Source of the DNA: an uncultured Bacteroidales bacterium
GTDB lineage: Bacteria; Bacteroidota; Bacteroidia; Bacteroidales; UBA4417
NCBI GenBank assembly: GCA_903913645.1
Contig: CAIWMA010000393.1
Location: forward strand, 10,420-74,419
Reading direction: 5' to 3'
Length of the DNA: 64,000 nt
Shown: in pieces, positions 57,792-64,000 of the stretch
How the letters are laid out: the number at the start of each line of letters is the position of its first letter
How positions within the stretch are numbered: position 1 is the stretch's first letter
The notes under the pieces: generated by a model
Seen by the model: only the letters and a program-made list of their open reading frames with translations
Told to the model about the DNA's origin: nothing
The model's database searches: none
Position numbers and translations under genes: made by a program

Positions 57792-59795
57792 TTAGGCTTT
57801 GCGGGATTTGCCCGATTTGAGCAGTGTATTAAATTTTACACCCATCCGTACCCAACTTCCAGGTTGAGGCACATTTCCGTAATCAACATATTCGGTGTTG
57901 AGCAGGTTGGTGGCTTCAGTAAAAATCATCCAGTTATTATACTTATAATTGAGCTGAAGGTCTATTTGAACGAAAGGTGCATACGGTGTTTCGTTGGTTT
58001 CTTCTTTTCCATCAACATACTTTTTGTAACCTCCTTCGCGATCCTGGTAACTAAAAGCCCAGGATGCTGAAAAGTTATGCCATACCTGGTGGTAAATAAG
58101 GAGATCGGCTTTATGTTTCAGTATATCGAGTACATATTTCGACATGTAATCGTCACTTGATTTATCAGCTTTCAGGAAAGCATAATTAAACGTGATACTT
58201 TTCAAAAAACTATGTCTTCCGGCTAATTCTTCCACATTCATCGTAATACTTGTCTCAATACCAGCCACATTTACCTGGGTGATATTCATAGCCTGCCAGG
58301 GATTCTGGTTCTGGAGTTTAACCCAGTCGATCATATTTTTGCCATACCGTTTAAATACAGCTGCATTGGCAATAATTCCCGGTTTATTGAATTTCAGGCC
58401 GGCTTCTATGGTAATTGCTTCTTCCGGCTTGAGATTGGGATCGCCTTTGTTGGTAAAATCGTTGTAATATAAATCGGTGAAAGTCGGCAGTCGCAGGGTT
58501 CGGTTGGCTGTACTGTAAAGCCTGATGTTTTTGTTGATCTGATAGGCTAAATCTACTCCGGGATACAATGCAATTTTACCGGGAAGCGCACTCAGGTAAC
58601 TCGCCAGTAAACCCGCTGAAGCAGAAAATTTGTCCAGGGCTATCGATTCCTCCACAAACAAACCTGCTGAAGTCCTGGCTTTACCCATAGTATAAAACGC
58701 ACTATCAACACCTTTTACAGGAATGCGAGAAGTGAGTGAATCGCCAAGTTTATTGCTTCGGATCATTTCATGCCGTATATCATAACCAACTGATAATTTG
58801 CTTTTATTTCCGGTTGCCGTCCAGATATTTGCGTTGGAACCAATAACTTCAGTATAATGGTAATTATGCGTTGTATACCATGATGGTGCTTCATTACGGA
58901 ATAAGCGAAACTCGTCATAGTGCCTCCGGAAATAGATTGCAGGTGCAAAACCTTTAAAATTGGATCTATAACGGATCGATGCAAATAGTGTTCTGGTTGT
59001 TTCGAATTGATCCGGATATTTGGGCGTGTAAAAACTGTTGGCACCGAATGCTTTTTTCATACAAGCTGCCTGGTATTCGAGTTTCTGTGTTTTGCCAGCG
59101 GTTCCGCTGTAAAATAAATTCATCGCCTTGAAATCTGTATTGGCGGTATAACCATCAGAACCGGTTTTGCTGATTTGCAGATTGTGCGTTGTATTGCCAA
59201 GGCTCTTTAAAATAGAAGCTGACAGGCTATAAAGACTGTATTGTCCTCCCATGGCTGAAACAGAGACCTGGTCTGCAACTTTTTCATTGGTAATAATATT
59301 GATCACACCGTTAAATGCATTTGCCCCGAAAACCCGGGCTCCAGGGCCTTTTAATATTTCAATGCGGTTAATACTCGCCAGGTCAACAGGTATATCCATG
59401 TTGTGGTGGCCTGTCTGCGGATCGCTGATATTCATGCCATTGAGCAACACAAGTGTCTGGTCGAATGAACCACCCCTGATGCTAATGTCAGCCTGCATTC
59501 CAAAGGATCCACGGCTTCGTATATCCGTATTCATCGCATAGCTAAGCAGTTCCGAAATATTCCTGACCGGCATTTGTTCAATTTCCTTTTTTCTGATAAC
59601 CTGTATGCTTCGTTTTAATTGCTCAAACAGAACCGGCGTACGGTCGGCTGTAACGACGAATTGGTCGAGGGTTATATGTTTGCTGATTGAAGTATCCGTT
59701 ACTGCCTGTGCTAACAGTTTGTTGGAATTTACTGCAGCCAATATTACTACAAAAAGAAGGAAATGAAATGAATAAAAGTATTTGTTTATCAGCAT
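57792..59795 (-). CDS. TonB-dependent receptor (BtuB-like small class)
   Basis: The likely start is ATG 59795 (MLINKYFYSFHFLLFVVILAAVNSNKLLAQA); the track start 59909 adds a non-signal extension. TonB box-like DQFVVTADR, a plug domain (RGGSFDQTLVLLNGMNISD), and a barrel ending in an aromatic-rich strand. Confidence 0.85.
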   Translation of the reverse strand: MLINKYFYSFHFLLFVVILAAVNSNKLLAQAVTDTSISKHITLDQFVVTADRTPVLFEQLKRSIQVIRKKEIEQMPVRNISELLSYAMNTDIRSRGSFGMQADISIRGGSFDQTLVLLNGMNISDPQTGHHNMDIPVDLASINRIEILKGPGARVFGANAFNGVINIITNEKVADQVSVSAMGGQYSLYSLSASILKSLGNTTHNLQISKTGSDGYTANTDFKAMNLFYSGTAGKTQKLEYQAACMKKAFGANSFYTPKYPDQFETTRTLFASIRYRSNFKGFAPAIYFRRHYDEFRLFRNEAPSWYTTHNYHYTEVIGSNANIWTATGNKSKLSVGYDIRHEMIRSNKLGDSLTSRIPVKGVDSAFYTMGKARTSAGLFVEESIALDKFSASAGLLASYLSALPGKIALYPGVDLAYQINKNIRLYSTANRTLRLPTFTDLYYNDFTNKGDPNLKPEEAITIEAGLKFNKPGIIANAAVFKRYGKNMIDWVKLQNQNPWQAMNITQVNVAGIETSITMNVEELAGRHSFLKSITFNYAFLKADKSSDDYMSKYVLDILKHKADLLIYHQVWHNFSASWAFSYQDREGGYKKYVDGKEETNETPYAPFVQIDLQLNYKYNNWMIFTEATNLLNTEYVDYGNVPQPGSWVRMGVKFNTLLKSGKSRKA

Positions 59796-60004
59796 TATAT
59801 GTTGATTATGAGTATGTTTGAAGGTAAGATGGCTGCTTTTTTGAAAAGGGAGCAAAATTAGCCTGTTAAACAATATGAATAACAAATTCCTGTGATTTAG
59901 CCTTTTCACGGAAGCACAGTTTAGCTTCGATAATAGTACTTTAAATCAGCCGGTCGGTTTTATTAACAAATTAAAACCGGATTTGATGATAAAATACAAA
60001 TAAA

Positions 60005-60478
60005 TTAAAAACTGGAAATCGCTGCTGTTCCTAAAAGCACAAGGGATAATGTATATATAACAAGCAAGATAACGGTTGAAGCACCTATAAAAACAAACAG
60101 ATTTTTGAGGTTTCGTAGTGAAATAGTCATTTTTTCCGTGCTGGAAAGATTTACTGCTTTCAGTACATTATTCGAAAATTTATTCAGAAAAAAAACAGGG
60201 ATAACATAGATTACAGCGACCAGGATGTATAAAAATGAAAGTATAGCCGGCGAGAATGGAAGATTTAAAGGAATTAATTCATCCGCTGATGATACTTTAT
60301 TTAAAACAAAACTCATCACAATTCCACCTGCAATTAAAAGGCCAGTTACTATGAAACCCAGGATTGCGAGGAATTTGCCCCATTTTGCCGCTGTCAACAG
60401 GAAAGAGATTGATTCGGCGGTTAGTTGTGGAATTTCGGATTTAGTATCTGGTGATGATAAATTTTTATGCTCTTCCAT
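60005..60478 (-). CDS. small polytopic membrane protein (possibly DUF5362-like)
   Basis: 157 aa with four hydrophobic segments. The AAKWGKFLAILGFIVTGLLI motif is remembered from DUF5362, so family confidence is low. Confidence 0.4.
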   Translation of the reverse strand: MEEHKNLSSPDTKSEIPQLTAESISFLLTAAKWGKFLAILGFIVTGLLIAGGIVMSFVLNKVSSADELIPLNLPFSPAILSFLYILVAVIYVIPVFFLNKFSNNVLKAVNLSSTEKMTISLRNLKNLFVFIGASTVILLVIYTLSLVLLGTAAISSF

Positions 60479-60593
60479 AAATAGTGGCTTTTACTTTAAA
60501 TAAATATTCCTAACCAGATTTTCTAAAGGTTAAGACCTACAAACATACATAATTATTATCAAACATTGATAAAAGCACATTGGACAAAAGACG

Positions 60594-60619
60594 AAAAAGC
60601 CATGTTTCCATGGCTTTTT
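60594..60619 (-). terminator. Rho-independent terminator after the OmpA-family gene
   Basis: AAAAAGCCATG-TTTC-CATGGCTTTTT, a symmetric hairpin with T-runs on both strands. Confidence 0.75.
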
Positions 60620-60651
60620 CTGATATCTTTTTAAAGAAGTTATACAGTGTC

Positions 60652-62679
60652 CTACTTGCATTTTCCAAAGAAATCAAGTGGTAGTGTTTTTGAATCCAGT
60701 TCCTGTCCATCAATGTAATTTGAAGGATCAAACTGATCAGGATTCGTAACAGGTATAGTGATACTGGTAATTTTAAATTCGGTACGTCGGTTAGCCTGGT
60801 GCTCGGCAGAGGAACATTTAATTCCATCAAAGCATTTATTGATAAGATTGCGCTCACCATAGCCTTTGGCCGCGATCCTGGTTTTGTCGATACCGCTGTT
60901 TACTATGTATTTAACAGCCGATTCAGCTCTGTTCTGTGAAAGTTTATCGTTATACGCAAATGATCCGCGGCTGTCAGTATGTGATCCCAATTCGACATTT
61001 ACAGGATTTTCGTTCATGATACGAACCAATTTATCCAATTCAGGTTTGGCATCGTCACGGATTTTGTATTTATCGAAGTCGTAATAAATATTTTCGATGC
61101 TGAAGGTTTTATTGACTGTAAGTTTGTCAAGTAGCAGATCGCGGGGAGCCATGTTCGTGTTCCCTTCCTTTAGCAAAGTAATTGGAAACGGGCTGCAGTC
61201 AGCTATAAAATTTGGCATCAATGCTTTTACAACGTAATCAGCCTGTTTGTCGATAACAGATTTGTACATTCCATCCGCATCGGTTTTGAGTACTTTAACT
61301 TTTCCAGTAAATGGATTGTAAAGGAAAACAGAGGCGCCAGCCAAAGGTTGCAAGGTAGTTTTATCTTTTACAAAACCGGCAATAAGAGTAGGTAAAACCG
61401 GTGCAGGTTCTACTACACGGAAAGCATAAATATCGTCGCTGCCAACTCCATTGGGACGATTGGAAGAGAAAAAACCGTTTTTATTTCCGGGGGCAAAAGC
61501 GACGGCAAAATCATCGAAAGAACTGTTAATAGGGCGATGCAGGTTTTCTGGCGTTGTCCATTTCCCATTTTCATCTTTTGTTTCAAAAATATCAAGTGAA
61601 CCATACCCCGGATGTCCGTCGCTGGAAAAGAAGAGAACACCGTCACTACGCATACTTGGGAACATTTCTTTACCTTTTGTATTCACAGGTTTTCCCAGGT
61701 TTTTGGCAGGGCCCCAGTCAGCTCCTTTTCGTTTACACATCCAGATATCAGTTTCGCCTTGTCCGCCCGGCATGTCACTAACGAAATACAAGGTTTGTCC
61801 ATCTGCTGAAAGTGAAGGATGGCCAACCGAATAGTCTTTGCTGTTCAGGAAAAACGGTTGAATTTCGCCCCATTCACCTTGAGTTTTAGTTGCGTAATAG
61901 ATTTTTAGCAGGTTGGTTTTGTAATTGCCTTCGCGTTTTGCTTTTCCAAAGAAAGAGCGGGTGAAGTAAATGCTGTTTCCATCGGAACTAAAAGTAGCAG
62001 GTCCATCATGATATGCCTGGTTAATCTTGCTACTGAACTCAGACGCTTCTTCCATGTTTCCCCAGAAATCGCCAGCTGATGCCGGTTTGGATTTCATAAT
62101 ATTAAGATAGCCATGCCCGGTCCAGCCATATTCTTTTCCTTCGCCTGGATTGGAATTGAAATCAGAGGCAAACACAAGTCCTCCTTCATAAAAAGCAGGC
62201 CCGAAATCGCTTTGGTTAGTGTTCAGATTATTTGCTAATTTGACTTCGTATCCAGGTTTTATAGCTTTCCAGGGTCCAAGTACACTGTCGCAATAAGCAG
62301 CATATTGCTTTCCCTTATGATCAGAAGGATTCATCTGGCTATATTTCAGATACATCTCTTTTGCGTCTTCATAATTACCTGTTGACTGCAGTGCCTGTGC
62401 AAAGTAATAGAAGGATTCCGGTTTTGCGCCGGGCGCAGCTACAGCCTGCGCATAAGTTTCCTTTGCATTTACTATGTCATGCTGTAACCGATAGCAGTCA
62501 GCCAGCAATGGAAGTGCATCATTACGCGTTTTTTCATTGGCAGAAACTTTCTTAAGTATCTCAACTGCACTTGCATAGTTATACTTATCCATCTGCTTCT
62601 GAGCCTTGTAAATTGACTGGCAACTCATCAGAACTGAAAGCAGGATGCCAATTGTCAAAAAATGAATATACCTCTTCAT
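60652..62679 (-). CDS. OmpA-family protein with TPR, TolB-like beta-propeller repeats, CarboxypepD_reg-like domain and C-terminal OmpA peptidoglycan-binding domain
   Basis: 675 aa with a signal/lipobox region LSVLMSC. TPR-like N-terminus, repeated S.DG..LYF.S motifs (WD40-like/TolB), and a C-terminal OmpA_C domain (VELGSHTDSRGSFAYNDKLSQNRAESAVKYI..GYGE). Confidence 0.85.
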   Translation of the reverse strand: MKRYIHFLTIGILLSVLMSCQSIYKAQKQMDKYNYASAVEILKKVSANEKTRNDALPLLADCYRLQHDIVNAKETYAQAVAAPGAKPESFYYFAQALQSTGNYEDAKEMYLKYSQMNPSDHKGKQYAAYCDSVLGPWKAIKPGYEVKLANNLNTNQSDFGPAFYEGGLVFASDFNSNPGEGKEYGWTGHGYLNIMKSKPASAGDFWGNMEEASEFSSKINQAYHDGPATFSSDGNSIYFTRSFFGKAKREGNYKTNLLKIYYATKTQGEWGEIQPFFLNSKDYSVGHPSLSADGQTLYFVSDMPGGQGETDIWMCKRKGADWGPAKNLGKPVNTKGKEMFPSMRSDGVLFFSSDGHPGYGSLDIFETKDENGKWTTPENLHRPINSSFDDFAVAFAPGNKNGFFSSNRPNGVGSDDIYAFRVVEPAPVLPTLIAGFVKDKTTLQPLAGASVFLYNPFTGKVKVLKTDADGMYKSVIDKQADYVVKALMPNFIADCSPFPITLLKEGNTNMAPRDLLLDKLTVNKTFSIENIYYDFDKYKIRDDAKPELDKLVRIMNENPVNVELGSHTDSRGSFAYNDKLSQNRAESAVKYIVNSGIDKTRIAAKGYGERNLINKCFDGIKCSSAEHQANRRTEFKITSITIPVTNPDQFDPSNYIDGQELDSKTLPLDFFGKCK

Positions 62680-62784
62680 TATTATGGGTTTTATTAGTTA
62701 CTGTGATTTTGTCTAGTGGTTCAGGTTATAAATTGGGCAATGATGGTTAGTGGGTTACATTTATTTTATTATTTGAACTTCGAC

Positions 62785-64000
62785 CTAGTTACTTCCATGA
62801 CCACGAACATAAACATATCCTGTTCTGTTTTTCTGGTCTTTTATCTTTAAGATAAAAAAGTAGACTCCATCCGGAAGATATTCGCCCTTCTCATTGGTTC
62901 CATCCCAACGTTTATCCGAATTATTGTATCCTGATGCTTCGTAGAGTTTTGTACCCCACCTGTTGAAAATAATTACATTGTTATCAGGAAAACTTTCAAT
63001 TCCGCCAATATACCAGAAATCGTTTTTGCCATCACCATCAGGTGTTACCAGGTTAAAGATTTCAATCTCCGCTGCCGGACGTACAGGGAATATGGTAATT
63101 ATTACCAGTGCAGTAGCACATTTAGAAGGAGTTCCTCTATCACAGATTTTATACGTAATAGTGTCATTTCCAGCAAAGTCCTTAGCAGGTGTATAATTAA
63201 TGAACCCACCTTCAATATTCTCAACGCTTCCATGTTTTGGATTGCTGACTATACTTACGTCAAGGCCAAGACCAATGACATCGGTATCATTTCCGGTTAT
63301 ATTTACAACAACTGGTTCGTTAAGGTTAGTTGTATCATAATCATTCCTTGCAATTGGCCTGACAGGTTCTTCCATTCTAACGGTAACCTGATCGCTTTGT
63401 GAACAGCCACTTAATGCATCAGTAGTGGTCATGGTAAATACGGTTTCAGTATTTAACGCCAGGGTTGTAGGGTTCAATACACCATTGGTCGCGAGATAAT
63501 TAGCAGGTTCCCAGTTGTACGAAAGTACGCCTGATCCGCCTGCAGCAGTTCCGTTAAACGATGTAGTTGTTCCGCTTACAATCACCTGGTCAGTCCCAGC
63601 ATTCACAATAATAGGCTTATAGATTGTCAGAGTAACCTCATCTGAAGTTTCTTGATTTCCACATTCTGAAGGTCCATAAGCTGTTAGTTTAAATACCACA
63701 GCACCGGTTTCATTGGCTGCAGGTGTATAGGTTGGGTGCAGAGTTGTAGCACTTGATAATGTACCAAGCCCGTTATGAGTCCACGATAACGAACTATAAT
63801 TTGTTGCAGAAACATTAGTAAAAGTGTAAGGAACCGCCGAACACAAAACCTTATCTTCACCAGCAAAGGCGGTAACCGTTTGATTTATAGTAACAGTAAC
63901 TGTCATTGAACAGGTTGAGACGTTTCCACATCCGTCTGTCGCAGTCCATTCTATAGTTGTATTTCCAACTGTGAACAACCCCGAAGCGTCGGCAGTATGG
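62785..64000 (-). CDS. large surface protein ending in a T9SS type-B sorting domain (gliding-motility-associated C-terminal domain); 5' end outside the window
   Basis: The track start 63978 is an internal TTG; the frame stays open to 64000 (…HTADASGLFTVGNTTIEWTATDGCGNVSTCSMTVTV, HYR-like). Ig-like repeats follow, then the C-terminus VTPDGDGKNDFWYIGGIESFPDNNVIIFNRWGTKLYE..WDGT..LPDGVYFFILKI, which is the type-B CTD signature. Confidence 0.85.
   Translation of the reverse strand, partial: HTADASGLFTVGNTTIEWTATDGCGNVSTCSMTVTVTINQTVTAFAGEDKVLCSAVPYTFTNVSATNYSSLSWTHNGLGTLSSATTLHPTYTPAANETGAVVFKLTAYGPSECGNQETSDEVTLTIYKPIIVNAGTDQVIVSGTTTSFNGTAAGGSGVLSYNWEPANYLATNGVLNPTTLALNTETVFTMTTTDALSGCSQSDQVTVRMEEPVRPIARNDYDTTNLNEPVVVNITGNDTDVIGLGLDVSIVSNPKHGSVENIEGGFINYTPAKDFAGNDTITYKICDRGTPSKCATALVIITIFPVRPAAEIEIFNLVTPDGDGKNDFWYIGGIESFPDNNVIIFNRWGTKLYEASGYNNSDKRWDGTNEKGEYLPDGVYFFILKIKDQKNRTGYVYVRGHGSN

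Noticed and set aside
59796-60004. Possible cobalamin riboswitch upstream of the BtuB-like TonB-dependent receptor.
   Set aside because: There is no B12-box-like sequence (no GCCACTG or its context). The region holds only a short hairpin (GGTTTTA-N9-TAAAACC) that looks like the terminator of the upstream gene.
60537-62555. ORFs 60537-60860, 60866-61084, 61413-61834 and 62361-62555 overlapping the OmpA-family gene.
   Set aside because: They are out of frame or antisense within a well-supported 675-aa gene, and their translations have no motifs.

Overview
Bacteroidota-like chromosomal segment. Supporting signs are AT-rich intergenic DNA, signal peptides ending just before Gln, three synteny blocks (parA-parB-DUF5683-dapB-lepB, ftsK-lolA, nusB-DUF1573-yajC-ybbR-coaE), two TonB-dependent receptors and a T9SS type-B C-terminal sorting domain. 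From about 15.9 kb to 62.7 kb the content is ordinary housekeeping and envelope genes. I saw no rRNA, tRNA, CRISPR array, transposase or integrase. The stand-out is the left 15.7 kb, an all-minus-strand, accessory-looking locus. In transcription order it holds: (1) an NtrC-type (sigma-54 class) response regulator with a non-canonical DAFPGA loop; (2) four small secreted DUF4402/SCPU-like subunit genes; (3) a PapD-like periplasmic chaperone; (4) a giant (>3000 codon) beta-helix/Ig-repeat protein that is missing from the ORF track only because it runs off the left edge. Two of the subunits are about 80% identical paralogues. Each of those two is preceded by an identical TGGCACGGTTTATGAA box, has a TTGCGA-N9-TCGCAA palindrome about 153 bp further upstream, and is followed by a hairpin terminator. 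No outer-membrane usher is visible. I read this as a candidate, poorly described chaperone-dependent fibre/adhesin system under enhancer-dependent control. The usher question cannot be settled inside this window. All family names are calls from motifs read by eye; no database search was run.
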